Of a stretch of 64,000 nt of DNA, positions 9,065 through 19,633 are shown piece by piece; within the stretch, counting starts at the first letter, position 1; every line of letters begins with the position of its first letter. Location of the stretch: contig CAYLJJ010000013.1 of assembly GCA_964384025.1 (NCBI GenBank), positions 46 through 64,045 of the forward strand, given 5' to 3'. This DNA is from an uncultured Nannocystaceae bacterium. GTDB taxonomy: Bacteria; Myxococcota_A; Bradymonadia; UBA7976; UBA1532. Below the pieces are notes generated by a model. It was not told the origin of the DNA. It ran no database searches and was given only the letters and a program-made list of their open reading frames with translations. The translations under genes and the position numbers were made by a program.

Positions 9065-9687
9065 AAAATTCCGATGATCTTGTGGGTCTGGAGAGAGAGG
9101 CGCCAGCGCGGTCGCTTCAGGCAAAGCTGGATCGCTGCGGCTTGATTCTGGGCCTGCTTCTCTCCATCTCTGGGTTGTAGAAAGTAGTGTTTAAACTCCA
9201 GATTCTCCAGCTCTCTAGGTTCCAGGCCAAGCTGAGGATAAACCAACTTTAGCTCATCACCTTGACGCTGAAGCAGGGGGGCTCCCGCCTTGGGGCTTAC
9301 ACAGATCCAGTCCAAACCGTAGGGGACAGGGAGGCTCCCATTGGTCTCGATAGCGGTGTAGAGAGGAGCGCAAACCTCTAAGAGCTGAGCGTCGAGCTGG
9401 AGGCAGGGTTCTCCCCCAGTAAAGACAACAAAAGGTTGGATTTGGGGATCGGGCCAAAGGGAGAGGAGCCGCTCTTTGAGGGCCTCTGCTGTTTTAAAGC
9501 GCCCGCCTCCAGGGCCATTCACCCCCCGAAACTCTGTATCACAGAAGCGACAGAGGGCTTCAGCTCGCTCCTCTTCTCGTCCTGACCATAGGTTGCAGCC
9601 TGAGAAACGACAGAAGAGGGCTGGACGCCCCGTCCAGAAGCCCTCCCCCTGAAGGCTGAGGAAGATCTCTTTGATGAGGTAGGGCAT
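9061..9687 (-). CDS. queE: 7-carboxy-7-deazaguanine synthase (radical SAM, CX14CX2C type)
   Basis: IKEIFLSLQGEG, CNLWSGREEERAEALCRFC, TGGEP, ETNG, WICVSPK, LSLQTHK. Confidence 0.95.
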   Translation of the reverse strand: MPYLIKEIFLSLQGEGFWTGRPALFCRFSGCNLWSGREEERAEALCRFCDTEFRGVNGPGGGRFKTAEALKERLLSLWPDPQIQPFVVFTGGEPCLQLDAQLLEVCAPLYTAIETNGSLPVPYGLDWICVSPKAGAPLLQRQGDELKLVYPQLGLEPRELENLEFKHYFLQPRDGEKQAQNQAAAIQLCLKRPRWRLSLQTHKIIGIL

Positions 9688-10389
9688 TCAGGAGCGCTGA
9701 TAGGGGATCGGATCTTCTAAGCCTGCCGCCTTGAAGCCCTGGAGCCGAAGCTGACAGGCATCGCAGCGAGCACAGGAGATCCCCGCCTCGTTGGGATCAT
9801 AGCAGCTGTGGCTGAGGTGATAAGGAGCGTCTAAGGCGCTGCCCTGGCGAATAATCTCCGCTTTGCTCCAGTGGAGCAGGGGACTGTGGATCTGAAAGGC
9901 TTGCCCCTCAACTCCCTGACGAGTGGCGAGGGTCGCTGTGTGTTCAAAAGCCTGAATAAATTCAGGGCGGCAGTCGGGGTAACCGCTATAGTCAACCGCG
10001 TTAACCCCGATGAAGAGATCTTTGGCGCCCTGAATCTCCGCGACCGCGACCGCATAGGAGAGGAAGAGGAGATTCCGCGCGGGAACATAGGTGCTGGGAA
10101 TCCCTACGCCCATCTCTTGAGCCCCTCGATCTTTGGGCACAGGCGCAGCTCCTGTCAGCGAGGAGCTCCCCAGACGCTTAAAGAGATCCAACTCAAGGTC
10201 GATCTTCTGGATCCCATAGTGGGCCGCGATGCTCTGAGCAGCCTTTAGCTCTGCCTCATGGCGTTGACCATAGCGAAAGCTCAGGCCGAGCACCTCGAAA
10301 CCCTGCTTCAACGCGATGCTGAGACAGGTCGTTGAGTCCAGCCCTCCGCTCATCAAGAGGATCGCTCGTGGAGATCCAGGTTCAGCCAT
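9688..10389 (-). CDS. queC: 7-cyano-7-deazaguanine synthase
   Basis: LLMSGGLDSTT, YGQRH, TYVPARN, YPDCRPEF, SCY...CARCDAC. Confidence 0.96.
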   Translation of the reverse strand: MAEPGSPRAILLMSGGLDSTTCLSIALKQGFEVLGLSFRYGQRHEAELKAAQSIAAHYGIQKIDLELDLFKRLGSSSLTGAAPVPKDRGAQEMGVGIPSTYVPARNLLFLSYAVAVAEIQGAKDLFIGVNAVDYSGYPDCRPEFIQAFEHTATLATRQGVEGQAFQIHSPLLHWSKAEIIRQGSALDAPYHLSHSCYDPNEAGISCARCDACQLRLQGFKAAGLEDPIPYQRS

Positions 10390-11063
10390 CAGAGCACCGT
10401 GTCGAGGAGCAGCTCTACAGCGGCTCCATCCACCTTGATCGCTTGACTCCGCCCCATGATATCTCCAGGGCTTCGGCTCATCGCGTCCTTGTCCTGATCG
10501 ATGCGCGCCTCAACGATCAGCTCACCACTCAAAGGTTTGCCTCGCATCACATCTGCAGGGCCAAGCGCAAATTTGATCGGGAAGCTGGCTCCCTCAAGCT
10601 CGATACGCCGTGCTGCCAATGCGGGAGCAGGTTCTCCTTTGGGGACGACTGGGCGAGCCATCACATAGATCACCGAGCCTGGTTTGGCGCTGAGGCCCTC
10701 CTTGAGCTTGAGGCTGCCTGTAATGGTGCCGCCGCCCACTACACCGCTGCCTGGGGCCATATGCCCCTGTCCGTGAGGCATCGCCCCCTGTCCGTGAGGC
10801 ATCGCCCCCTGTCCGTGAGGCATCGCTCCATGGCCCGCAGGCATCGCTCCATGGCCCGCAGGCATCGCTCCATGGCCCGCAGGCATCGCTCCATGGCCCA
10901 CAGGTAATGCTTTCCCCTGTTGAGGAGAGGTACCGGGTATATGAGCCGTTTGCACTGGCGCCGCTGGAGCCTGAGCGGGTTTCTTTTCGATGGGAGCTTG
11001 CTTATCACAGCCCAGGATAAAAAATAGGGAGAGAGGCAGAAGCCTGAAACAGATGGACATCAT
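10389..11063 (-). CDS. Lipoprotein with His/Met-rich repeats and a CcmI/CycH C-terminal-like domain
   Basis: FILGC lipobox; (PAGHGAM)/(PHGQGAM) repeats; SVIYVMARP...PALAARR...FPIKFALGPADVM...LIVEARID...GD; coupled to ccmH. Confidence 0.65.
   Translation of the reverse strand: MMSICFRLLPLSLFFILGCDKQAPIEKKPAQAPAAPVQTAHIPGTSPQQGKALPVGHGAMPAGHGAMPAGHGAMPAGHGAMPHGQGAMPHGQGAMPHGQGHMAPGSGVVGGGTITGSLKLKEGLSAKPGSVIYVMARPVVPKGEPAPALAARRIELEGASFPIKFALGPADVMRGKPLSGELIVEARIDQDKDAMSRSPGDIMGRSQAIKVDGAAVELLLDTVL
10763..10904. repeat. About seven 21-bp coding tandem repeats in two sub-types
   Basis: cccctgtccgtgaggcatcg-type x3, then ctccatggcccgcaggcatcg x3 plus a partial copy. Confidence 0.9.
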
Positions 11064-11533
11064 TCATCCTCCGCGGCGAGCAGGACTCGGAGTCGTCGCC
11101 GTCGCTCATTTTCATCTTCGTCAAGGGGAGAAAGGTGCTCTGCCCCTGAGCTGCTCCTTTGAGCCTTGGGGCCTCCCCAACGATAGAGCACCCAAAACAG
11201 CAGAACCCCTCCCAAAATGAAAGGCAGGAAGGGGAGGAGCAAGAGGTACCAGGGCTGCTTGGGGTTGACGATCTGTTTATGCTTGAAACGATCTTTTAAC
11301 AGCGCGCTGATCTCCTCATCGCTCATCCCATCTGCGGCCATTTTCTGCATCTCTAGGCGCAGTAGGTAGGCGTTATGGCTTGTGCAGTTGGTGATCGTCT
11401 TACCTGGGCAGAAGGGGCTCAGAAGCTCTGCGGAGAGCTTCTGAACGCGACGCTCTACCGCCTCACTGGTCTCAGCCCGGGCGAAAAAGGGGAGGCTGAA
11501 CCCCAAAAACAGGCTGATCAAGAGCAGGGGCAT
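11060..11533 (-). CDS. ccmH: CcmH/CcmL/NrfF-family cytochrome c biogenesis protein (SxxC variant)
   Basis: Signal peptide; LSAELLSPFCPGKTITNC; LRLEMQKMAADGMSDEEI; C-terminal TM after P..P. Confidence 0.75.
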   Translation of the reverse strand: MPLLLISLFLGFSLPFFARAETSEAVERRVQKLSAELLSPFCPGKTITNCTSHNAYLLRLEMQKMAADGMSDEEISALLKDRFKHKQIVNPKQPWYLLLLPFLPFILGGVLLFWVLYRWGGPKAQRSSSGAEHLSPLDEDENERRRRLRVLLAAEDE

Positions 11534-11724
11534 TGGCTCCTCCTGGGAAATGGGGCGCTAAGTTAATCTCTGTCTTCGCTGAGGGGAAGAGATCTCCTGG
11601 AGTCCCAGAGGGTTCAGCTCCTTGAGCCCAGCTCTAAAACTATGAAGAAGCTCTCCAACGCGGTTTTTCGTCGCTCCTCAATAAACAGCAAAAAGAAGCG
11701 ACCTTTGAGCTCCTCCGGAACTCT

Positions 11725-11742
11725 AACCCTAGCGTAAGGGTT
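11725..11742. promoter_or_regulatory. Dyad AACCCT-N6-AGGGTT, candidate MerR-family operator
   Basis: Perfect 6-bp arms in the ccmH/merR divergent intergenic region, 6 bp upstream of the -35. Confidence 0.45.
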
Positions 11743-11748
11743 GGGTCC

Positions 11749-11777
11749 TTGACAGGGCCCGAGTTGGAGATTAGTTT
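11749..11777 (+). promoter_or_regulatory. Sigma70-type promoter of the merR-isc operon
   Basis: TTGACA-17 bp-TAGTTT, ~20 bp upstream of the merR ATG. Confidence 0.65.
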
Positions 11778-11797
11778 CTGCTCCCTCTGGAGTGCTC

Positions 11798-12268
11798 ATG
11801 TCTCAGATGTTGCGCATTGGAAAATTGGCCCAGTTGAGCGGAAAGAGCGTTCGCGCGCTCTATTTGTATGAGGAGATGGGCTTGCTCTCTCCAGCGAGTC
11901 GCAGCCCGGGAGGCTTCCGCCTTTACGATGACAGCAATATCGCTCGGATCGCCTATATCGAGCGTCTTCAGCGTATGAACTGCAGCCTCTCTGAGATTCG
12001 CAGCCTAGTGCAAGCTTGGCAGGATGAGGACTCCCCTCGAGAGGCGATGGCCTCTCTAGAATTCCGCTACCGAGCACAGCTCTCAGAGGTTCGCGATCAT
12101 ATCGCTTCTTTGAAAACTCTAGAGGGAGAGCTACGGCGGAGCCTTAACTTTCTAGAGGGCTGTCGAAGTTGCGGGAAGGCCATCGAACCTCAGATGGCCT
12201 GCTCCTGCTGTGAACGTCCAGAGATGAGCGGTGGAGTGCCCTTGATCTCAGGATTGGCTGGACGTTGA
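11798..12268 (+). CDS. MerR-family regulator with Cys-rich C-terminus
   Basis: LRIGKLAQLSGKSVRALYLYEEMGLL...GGFRLY; tail GCRSCGKAIEPQMACSCC. Confidence 0.9.
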   Translation: MSQMLRIGKLAQLSGKSVRALYLYEEMGLLSPASRSPGGFRLYDDSNIARIAYIERLQRMNCSLSEIRSLVQAWQDEDSPREAMASLEFRYRAQLSEVRDHIASLKTLEGELRRSLNFLEGCRSCGKAIEPQMACSCCERPEMSGGVPLISGLAGR

Positions 12269-12277
12269 GGAGATGAG

Positions 12278-13489
12278 ATGAAGCTTCCTATCTATATGGA
12301 CTACCAAGCGACGACTCCAGTTGATCCCAGGGTTCTGGAGGAGATGTTGCCCTATCTCAGCGATCATTTTGGCAACGCCGCCAGCCGCAATCACAGCTTT
12401 GGTTGGAATGCAGAGAAGGCGGTTGAGCGCGCCCGAGGACAGATCGCCAAGCTGATCGGAGCTTCTGCCCGAGAGATCATCTTCACCAGTGGCGCCACTG
12501 AGAGCGACAATATTGCCCTTAAAGGGGTCGCCGAGTTCTACGGTCGCAAGGGCAAACACATCATCAGCCAGCCTCTGGAGCATAAGGCGATCATCGACTC
12601 AGCTCGCGCCCTGGAGCGAGAAGGCTTCGAGATCACTTGGCTCCCTGTGGGTTCAGATGGCCGCGTCGATCCGGCGGATGTGGAGCGGGCGATTCGCCCC
12701 GACACCCTCTTGGTCAGCGTGATGCACGTTAACAATGAGATCGGCGTGATCAACCCCCTTAAGAAGATCGGTCAGATCTGTAAGGCCAAGAAGGTTCTCT
12801 TCCATAGCGATGCAGCTCAATCTGTAGGGAAACTGCCTGTCGATGTAGAGGAGATGGGCGTTGATTTGCTCTCCATATCTGCTCATAAGATGTATGGCCC
12901 CAAAGGAATCGGTGCCCTCTATGTACGGCGCAAGAAGCCCCGAGTTCGCGTCGCCCCCCTGATCCATGGGGGAGGACATGAGCGGGGGATGCGCTCCGGT
13001 ACTCTGCCGACCCATCAGATCGTTGGCTTTGGCGCTGCCGCTGAGATCGCAGGGGAGGAGATGGAAGCAGAGTCTCAGCGCTTGGCTGAGCTCAGCGCGC
13101 GCCTCTGGCGAGGGCTTAAGAGCCTCCCTGAGATCTTCCTTAACGGCAGCGCCGAGCATCGCCTCCCTGGCTGTATAAACATCAGCTTTGCTTTTATCGA
13201 GGGGGAGTCCCTGCTTATGGCTCTAGAGGGCCTCGCTGTCTCCAGCGGCTCCGCCTGCACCTCCGCCAGCCTGGAGCCCAGCTATGTGCTGCGCGCTCTG
13301 GGGATCGATGATGAGCTGGCCCACTCCAGCATCCGCTTTGGTCTGGGGCGCTTCAGCACCGAGGAGGAGGTTGACTGGGTGATCAACAAGATCAAAGAGG
13401 CGGTCAACCGCCTACGGGAACTCTCACCGCTCTGGGAGATGCACCTTGAGGGGATCGACCTTAAATCTGTCAACTGGAGCGCTCACTGA
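12278..13489 (+). CDS. iscS: Cysteine desulfurase
   Basis: [40 protein letters not shown]-terminal W..H. Confidence 0.97.
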   Translation: MKLPIYMDYQATTPVDPRVLEEMLPYLSDHFGNAASRNHSFGWNAEKAVERARGQIAKLIGASAREIIFTSGATESDNIALKGVAEFYGRKGKHIISQPLEHKAIIDSARALEREGFEITWLPVGSDGRVDPADVERAIRPDTLLVSVMHVNNEIGVINPLKKIGQICKAKKVLFHSDAAQSVGKLPVDVEEMGVDLLSISAHKMYGPKGIGALYVRRKKPRVRVAPLIHGGGHERGMRSGTLPTHQIVGFGAAAEIAGEEMEAESQRLAELSARLWRGLKSLPEIFLNGSAEHRLPGCINISFAFIEGESLLMALEGLAVSSGSACTSASLEPSYVLRALGIDDELAHSSIRFGLGRFSTEEEVDWVINKIKEAVNRLRELSPLWEMHLEGIDLKSVNWSAH

Positions 13490-13495
13490 GGAATC

Positions 13496-13885
13496 ATGGC
13501 TTACAGCAACTTGCTCATCGATCACTATCAGAACCCCCGCAACGTGGGTTCTCTAGACAAAAAAGATGCCCATGTAGGGACCGGGCTTGTAGGCGCTCCT
13601 GCCTGTGGAGATGTGATGCGTCTTCAGATCCAGGTCAGCGACGATGGAGTCATCGAGGAGGCTCGCTTTAAGACCTACGGCTGCGGCTCAGCCATCGCCA
13701 GCTCGAGTTTGGTGACGGAGTGGGTCAAGGGGCGCACCCTGGATGAGGCGCTGAGCCTCAAGAATATAGAGATCGCTGAGCATCTCTCTCTGCCTCCGGT
13801 CAAGATACACTGCTCTGTTCTGGCTGAGGACGCCATCCGAGCGGCCATCTTAGATTATAAAAAGAAAAGGGGAGAGTCCTCATGA
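13496..13885 (+). CDS. iscU: Fe-S scaffold protein
   Basis: NPRNVGS, GAPACGDVM, TYGCGSAIAS, LPPVKIHCS. Confidence 0.97.
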   Translation: MAYSNLLIDHYQNPRNVGSLDKKDAHVGTGLVGAPACGDVMRLQIQVSDDGVIEEARFKTYGCGSAIASSSLVTEWVKGRTLDEALSLKNIEIAEHLSLPPVKIHCSVLAEDAIRAAILDYKKKRGESS

Positions 13886-14205
13886 TCACGATCACCGACA
13901 CCGCCGCTGAGAAGGTCGCTCAGCTCATCGCCAAGCGCCCCAGCCCCACCGAGGGTCTGCGCGTCGGCGTCAGAGGAGGAGGCTGCTCCGGCTTCACCTA
14001 CTTCCTGGAGTTCGCTGAATCTGCTCAGAAGGGGGATCGAGAGCTGGAGGAGAAGGGGATCCGCCTCTTCGTTGATCCTAAGAGCTATCTCTACCTCATG
14101 GGCACCACCATCGACTATGTGGATGGCCTTGCTGGAGCGGGCTTTAAGTTCACTAACCCCAACGCTCGCCGAACCTGTGGCTGTGGAGAGAGCTTCTCCG
14201 TTTAG
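13882..14205 (+). CDS. iscA: A-type Fe-S carrier
   Basis: GGGCSG...CGCGESF. Confidence 0.95.
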   Translation: MITITDTAAEKVAQLIAKRPSPTEGLRVGVRGGGCSGFTYFLEFAESAQKGDRELEEKGIRLFVDPKSYLYLMGTTIDYVDGLAGAGFKFTNPNARRTCGCGESFSV

Positions 14206-14240
14206 GGTTTGGTTCTCCTCCCCAAACAGATGGATCCCTT

Positions 14241-14834
14241 ATGAGATGTTGGCAATGTGGGGCTGAGCCCGGTCCCCTCTTCTGTGAAGCCTGTAAGGCC
14301 CTTCAGGCTCCAAATCCTCACTTAAACCATTTTGAGCGCCTGGGCTTAGAGATCTGCTTTGCTCAAGAGGAGGAAGAGCTCCTCAGGGCCTATCGAAAGC
14401 TTCAGCGTAAAGTTCACCCTGATCGCTTTGTGGGACGCTCTCCCCGAGAGCGGCGCCTCTCTCTGGCTCAGGCGACCGCGCTCAATGACGCTCTACGGAG
14501 CCTAAAGAACCCCCAACGTCGCGCAGAGTATCTCCTCAAGCTGAGAGGACGGGTGCTGGATGATGAGCAGCATCCAGTACAGCTCAGTCCCCTCTTCCTG
14601 ATGGAGATCTTAGAGCTGCGTGAAGCCCTCGCTGAGCTCTCTGGTTCAGATGCGCACAATGAGCGCAGCGGCCTTATCTGCGACATCCAGGCTCGCTATG
14701 AGGCTCTCCTAGGCAGTCTTGGAGAGGGCCTTGATACAGGCGCTGAGCTGGATTCTCTGCTTCAGAGCGCAGCGCAGTTACGTTACTTGGCCCGCGTCCT
14801 GGAGGAGTTTCAGTCTCTGGAGGAGAATCTATGA
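14241..14834 (+). CDS. hscB: Fe-S co-chaperone with N-terminal tetracysteine finger
   Basis: CWQC...FCEAC; J domain HPD; LNDA...L..P..RAEYLL. Confidence 0.92.
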   Translation: MRCWQCGAEPGPLFCEACKALQAPNPHLNHFERLGLEICFAQEEEELLRAYRKLQRKVHPDRFVGRSPRERRLSLAQATALNDALRSLKNPQRRAEYLLKLRGRVLDDEQHPVQLSPLFLMEILELREALAELSGSDAHNERSGLICDIQARYEALLGSLGEGLDTGAELDSLLQSAAQLRYLARVLEEFQSLEENL

Positions 14835-16669
14835 GCGCCGTCGGTATCGATCTGGGCACGACCCACAGCTTAGTCGCCTGCTTAGAGGGGGGGCAGCCTC
14901 GCTGTCTCCTCAACGCGGAGGGGGATCCCCTGCTCCCCTCTGTGGTGAGCTTCTATGGAGAAGATATCTTGGTGGGCCATGAGGCTCTAGCGGCGGCGAT
15001 AGAGCATCCGCAGGAGACCGTGGTCTCAGTAAAACGCTTTATGGGACGTAGCGCTCAGGAGCTGGCTGAGGAGGAGCTGCTCAGCGTGGCCCTGGAGCAG
15101 AAGGGCAGCGCCCTGATGATCCGCGCCGGGGAGCGCGACTACAGCCCTGTAGAGATCTCGGCTGAGATCCTCAAGGTGTTGGCCGCTCGAGCTGATGCTG
15201 CCTTGGGTGGGGGGGTTGATCGAGCGGTGATCACCGTGCCCGCTTACTTTGATGACGCTCAACGTAACGCCACCCGTCAAGCGGGACGAATGGCGGGCCT
15301 AGAGGTGATGCGGCTCCTGAATGAGCCCACCGCGGCTGCTCTGGCCTATGGCCTTCAACATAAACGTGAGGGCAAGTTCGCCATCTTTGATCTGGGCGGT
15401 GGCACCTTTGATATCAGCATCCTCCATTTGGTAGAGGGGGTCTTTGAGGTCCTCTCCACCGGCGGAGATACCCGTCTGGGGGGAGATGACTTTGACCGCT
15501 TTATCGCCGGAGATCTTCTTCAACAAGGGGGGCTGGAAGCGGAGAGCCTCAGCCCTCAAGATCGCCGAACTTTATTGAGACAGGCGCGAAATCTCAAGCA
15601 ACAGCTCAGCCAGAGGAGGGATCTCAAGTTGGAGATCAGCCTCTCTTCTGGAAGCTTCAAGGCTCAACTCAGCCGCGATCGTCTGACCCTACTCCTCGCC
15701 CCTCTGTTAAAGCGTCTAGAGCTGCCCTGTCGTCGTGCCCTCACGGATGCAGAGCTGCGCCCTGAGCAGTTGGATGGGGTGGTCCTGGTGGGGGGCAGCA
15801 CCCGCTCTCCCATCGTACGAGAGTTTGTACAGCATTTCTTCGCTCAGAGACCTCTGGACAATATCGATCCTGATCAAGTAGTGGCTCTCGGAGCCGCGAT
15901 CCAAGCCGATCTTCTCAGCCTAGAGTCTGAGTTGAGGATCCTGGACGGAGGAGACATTCTCCTCTTGGATGTGATCCCCCTCTCTCTGGGTCTGGAGACG
16001 ATGGGGGGCTTGGTCGAGAAGATCATCCACCGCAACAGCGCCATCCCCAACAGCGTGGCTCAGGAGTTTACCACCTTCCAAGATGGACAAACAGGGATGG
16101 ATATCCATGTCCTCCAAGGAGAGCGAGAGTTGGTGACTGATTGCCGCAGTTTGGCGCGCTTTCGTCTCACAGGTATCCCCCCCAGAGCAGCAGGCTTATC
16201 CCGAGTGCGGGTGAGTTTTCAGGTGGACGCTGATGGCATTCTCCAGGTCAAGGCTCAGGAACTCTCTACTGGAGTTGAGCAGTCTGTCCGAGTGGAGCCG
16301 GGCCATGGTCTGAGCGATGAGCAGGTGGAGGAGATGCTTCAATCCTCACTCGATAAAGCTGAAGAGGATGTGATGGCGCGCTTCCTCCGCACCGCCCAAG
16401 TAGAAGCAGAGCGGGTGATCATCCCCATCCGTAAGGCGATGAGCCAAGACGCTGATCTCCTAGATTCAGAGGAGCATGAGGTGATCGAGGAGGCTCTCCA
16501 AGATCTAGAGAGCGCCCTTAAGGGTGAAGATTTTCGCCTCATTCAAGATCTGAGCGCCCTACTCGATCAGGTCAGCGGGGGCTTTGCTCAGCGTCGTATG
16601 GAGCGCGCTCTGCAACAGGGATTGGAGCAGGTAAAGATAGAAGATCTTGAAAAGGATATCAGCCCTTGA
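14831..16669 (+). CDS. hscA: Fe-S chaperone (Hsp70 family)
   Basis: [51 protein letters not shown]; position after hscB. Confidence 0.95.
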   Translation: MSAVGIDLGTTHSLVACLEGGQPRCLLNAEGDPLLPSVVSFYGEDILVGHEALAAAIEHPQETVVSVKRFMGRSAQELAEEELLSVALEQKGSALMIRAGERDYSPVEISAEILKVLAARADAALGGGVDRAVITVPAYFDDAQRNATRQAGRMAGLEVMRLLNEPTAAALAYGLQHKREGKFAIFDLGGGTFDISILHLVEGVFEVLSTGGDTRLGGDDFDRFIAGDLLQQGGLEAESLSPQDRRTLLRQARNLKQQLSQRRDLKLEISLSSGSFKAQLSRDRLTLLLAPLLKRLELPCRRALTDAELRPEQLDGVVLVGGSTRSPIVREFVQHFFAQRPLDNIDPDQVVALGAAIQADLLSLESELRILDGGDILLLDVIPLSLGLETMGGLVEKIIHRNSAIPNSVAQEFTTFQDGQTGMDIHVLQGERELVTDCRSLARFRLTGIPPRAAGLSRVRVSFQVDADGILQVKAQELSTGVEQSVRVEPGHGLSDEQVEEMLQSSLDKAEEDVMARFLRTAQVEAERVIIPIRKAMSQDADLLDSEEHEVIEEALQDLESALKGEDFRLIQDLSALLDQVSGGFAQRRMERALQQGLEQVKIEDLEKDISP

Positions 16670-16875
16670 AGCTCAAATGGACCGACGTGTATGCCTTAGG
16701 AGAGATACTCTATGAGCGCTTCCCAGAGAAGCCTCCCCTTGAGGTTCGCTTTACCGATCTGATGGCCTGGGTGATGGAGATCCCTGAGTTTGAGGACAGC
16801 CCTGAGCGCTGCGGTGAACGCGTCCTTGAGGCGATCCAGATGGTCTGGCTGTCTGAGTGGCAGGAAGATAGATAG
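16666..16875 (+). CDS. iscX: Fe-S assembly protein
   Basis: LKWTD...VRFTDL..WV...[17 protein letters not shown]. Confidence 0.92.
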   Translation: MKLKWTDVYALGEILYERFPEKPPLEVRFTDLMAWVMEIPEFEDSPERCGERVLEAIQMVWLSEWQEDR

Positions 16876-17054
16876 ATCGGGTGAAATCCGAGCACAGTGA
16901 TATGAGATCATAGGCTGTAATTCTCAATTGCGCACCATTGAATATCGCTAGAACATTAGATTCAAAAAGCCTCAATCAAAAGTCCTTTTAACTCTTGCGT
17001 TTGAAGAAAAAAGGCGCCAAAACACCCTCTATTCTGGGATTTCTGAGGTTCTTG

Positions 17055-18428
17055 ATGGCATTACACCTGATCAAGAAGGGCCTAGACCTCCCCCTGAGCG
17101 GTGCAACAGAGCAGAAGGTCTACGATGGCGCTTCAGTCTCTTATGTGGCGCTCGTGGCGGAAGACTACCCCTTTATGAAGCCGCGGATGTTCGTGGCTGT
17201 TGGTGATCAAGTCAAGCGGGGCCAACTCCTGATGGAGGATCGAAAGGCCGAGGGGGTTCGCTTTACAGCCCCCGCCGCTGGCGAAGTTGTGGCGATCAAT
17301 CGAGGCGCTCGCCGAGCCCTCCAGACGGTCGTCATCAGACTCAGCGAGGGGGAGCTGCAAGGGGAGCCTCCAAGGGAGGAGTTTCAACCTTTTGAGAGCT
17401 ATACAGACAAGGCGTTAGAGGAGCTTGGGGTTCAGGAGATCAAAGATCTTCTTCAAGAGTCTGGGCTCTGGACCGCCATCCGACAGCGACCTTTTAATAC
17501 GGTGCCCTCCCCCGCTGGGAGCTGCAAAGCCCTCTTCATCAACGCCATGAGCAGCGAGGCCCTCTCTGGGGACCCTGAAGTGATCATCGCGGGGCAGGAG
17601 GAGGAGTTTGCTCAAGGGATGAAGCTGGTCAGTCAGCTCACCGAAGGCTCCATCTATCTCTGCCGTAAGGCAGGCTCAAAGATCAGCTTTAAGGGGGAAC
17701 GGGTTCGCGTTGAAGAGTTCTCGGGGAAGCACCCTGCGGGCCTCGTCGGCACCCATATCCACACTCTAGATCCAGTACACACAGGCAAAGTGGTCTGGCA
17801 CCTGGGCTATCAGGATGTGATCGCCATTGGGCAGCTCTTTCAGAGCGGTCGCCTACCGGTGGAGCGGATCATCGCCCTCTCAGGTCCGATGGTGAAGGAG
17901 CCCCGGCTGCTCCGTACCCGTCTGGGCGCGGAGATCGCGCCATTGATCGAGGGGCAGCTCAAGGAGGGGGAGCCCCGAGTGATCGCTGGCTCTATCCTCT
18001 ATGGTCGCAAAGCGATGACTGAGGTGCATGGCTATCTCGGCCGCTACCTTCATCAAATCTCCTGCCTCGTTGAGGATCGCAAGCGGCGCTTCATGGGTTG
18101 GTTGATGCCGGGCGGGAAGATGTTCTCCACAGCACGCATCAGCTTGGCCGCGCTCCTGCCCAAGAAGCTGGCGATGGGCACCAGCACCTTCGGTTCTCAT
18201 CGAGCGATGGTGCCCATCGGTATGTTTGAACGGGTGATGCCTCTCGACATTATGCCCACCTTCCTCCTTCGCGCTTTAGCGGCGAAGGATCTTGAGCGCG
18301 CTGAGGCCCTGGGCTGCTTGGAGCTTGATGAAGAGGATCTGGCCCTCTGCACCTTTGTCAGTCCTGGAAAACAGGACTGGGGAGCGATCCTACGTGAGAA
18401 CCTGTTCCAGATCTGGAAGGAGGGGTGA
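17055..18428 (+). CDS. nqrA: Na+-translocating NADH:quinone reductase subunit A
   Basis: [59 protein letters not shown]; ATG at 17055. Confidence 0.96.
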   Translation: MALHLIKKGLDLPLSGATEQKVYDGASVSYVALVAEDYPFMKPRMFVAVGDQVKRGQLLMEDRKAEGVRFTAPAAGEVVAINRGARRALQTVVIRLSEGELQGEPPREEFQPFESYTDKALEELGVQEIKDLLQESGLWTAIRQRPFNTVPSPAGSCKALFINAMSSEALSGDPEVIIAGQEEEFAQGMKLVSQLTEGSIYLCRKAGSKISFKGERVRVEEFSGKHPAGLVGTHIHTLDPVHTGKVVWHLGYQDVIAIGQLFQSGRLPVERIIALSGPMVKEPRLLRTRLGAEIAPLIEGQLKEGEPRVIAGSILYGRKAMTEVHGYLGRYLHQISCLVEDRKRRFMGWLMPGGKMFSTARISLAALLPKKLAMGTSTFGSHRAMVPIGMFERVMPLDIMPTFLLRALAAKDLERAEALGCLELDEEDLALCTFVSPGKQDWGAILRENLFQIWKEG

Positions 18429-19633
18429 TGCTTCGAGACTTCCTCGATAAGCAAGCCAAGCTCTTTGAGCCCGGAGGGAAGCTGCATAAGCTCTACCCCC
18501 TCTGGGAGGCTCAGGACACGGTCCTCTACACCCCCGGTCATGTGACTCAGGGCCGCACCCATGTGCGTGATGCTCTGGATCTCAAGCGGATGATGATCAT
18601 CGTGGTCCTGGCCCTGATGCCCATCTTCCTCTTCGCGATGTATAACACTGGGCATCAGGTCCATGCGGCGATGGCGGCAGAAGGAGTCCAACCCCTTAAA
18701 GTTTGGCAGACGAGCCTCTTTCAGAGCTTGGGCTTCAGCCATCAGGATGCCCTCTTCAACAACCTGATCTACGGCGCCCTCTTCTTTTTGCCGATCCTCA
18801 TGGTCACCTTCGCGGCGGGGGGTCTCATCGAGGTGGCTACCGCCATAGTCCGTAAACATGAGGTCAACGAGGGCTTTCTGGTCACCGGTTTCCTCTTCCC
18901 TCTGATCCTGCCCCCCACTATCCCACTTTGGCAGGTGGCCTTAGGCATCATCTTTGGGACCCTGATCGGCAAAGAGGTCTTTGGTGGCACTGGGATGAAC
19001 ATCTTTAACCCAGCCCTGACCGGTCGCGCCTTCCTCTTCTTCGCCTATCCTGGGCAGATCTCCGGCGATCAGGTCTGGACAGCGACCGATGGGGTCAGCA
19101 GCGCGACCCTCCTGGGCCAGGCTGCTGCTGAGGGGAATACTCTGGGTGCCTTCGGCAGTGATCTCTGGATGGATGCCTTCTTGGGGAACATCTCCGGCTC
19201 TATGGGAGAGACCTCAGCGCTGCTCTGCTTTGTTGGAGCGTTGCTCCTGATCTTCACTCAGATCGGCTCTTGGCGAACCATGTTGGGGGTGATTTTAGGG
19301 ACAGCCCTGACCTCAGTGCTGCTCAACGCCATCGGCTCCGACTCCAACCCGATGTTTCAGGTGCCCTTCTACTGGCACATGGTGTTGGGAGGCTGGGCTC
19401 TTGGAACCGTTTTTATGGCCACCGATCCAGTCTCTTCAGCCTTTACTGATGGGGGCAAGCTGATCTATGGCTTTGGGATCGGGCTGATGGTGGTGCTTAT
19501 CCGCGTCGTCAACCCCGCCTATCCCGAGGGGATGATGCTGGCCATCCTGTTTATGAACATGTTCGCTCCCTTCATCGATCACTTCTTCGTACAGGGGAAT
19601 ATCCAGAGGAGGTTGGCGCGGCATGGGCTATAG
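18428..19633 (+). CDS. nqrB: Na+-NQR subunit B
   Basis: [34 protein letters not shown]-Thr motif DGVSSAT, GSMGETS, YPEGMM. Confidence 0.96.
   Translation: MLRDFLDKQAKLFEPGGKLHKLYPLWEAQDTVLYTPGHVTQGRTHVRDALDLKRMMIIVVLALMPIFLFAMYNTGHQVHAAMAAEGVQPLKVWQTSLFQSLGFSHQDALFNNLIYGALFFLPILMVTFAAGGLIEVATAIVRKHEVNEGFLVTGFLFPLILPPTIPLWQVALGIIFGTLIGKEVFGGTGMNIFNPALTGRAFLFFAYPGQISGDQVWTATDGVSSATLLGQAAAEGNTLGAFGSDLWMDAFLGNISGSMGETSALLCFVGALLLIFTQIGSWRTMLGVILGTALTSVLLNAIGSDSNPMFQVPFYWHMVLGGWALGTVFMATDPVSSAFTDGGKLIYGFGIGLMVVLIRVVNPAYPEGMMLAILFMNMFAPFIDHFFVQGNIQRRLARHGL

Noticed and set aside
10763-10904. CRISPR-like repeats
   Set aside because: Contiguous in-frame 21-bp coding repeats with no unique spacers.
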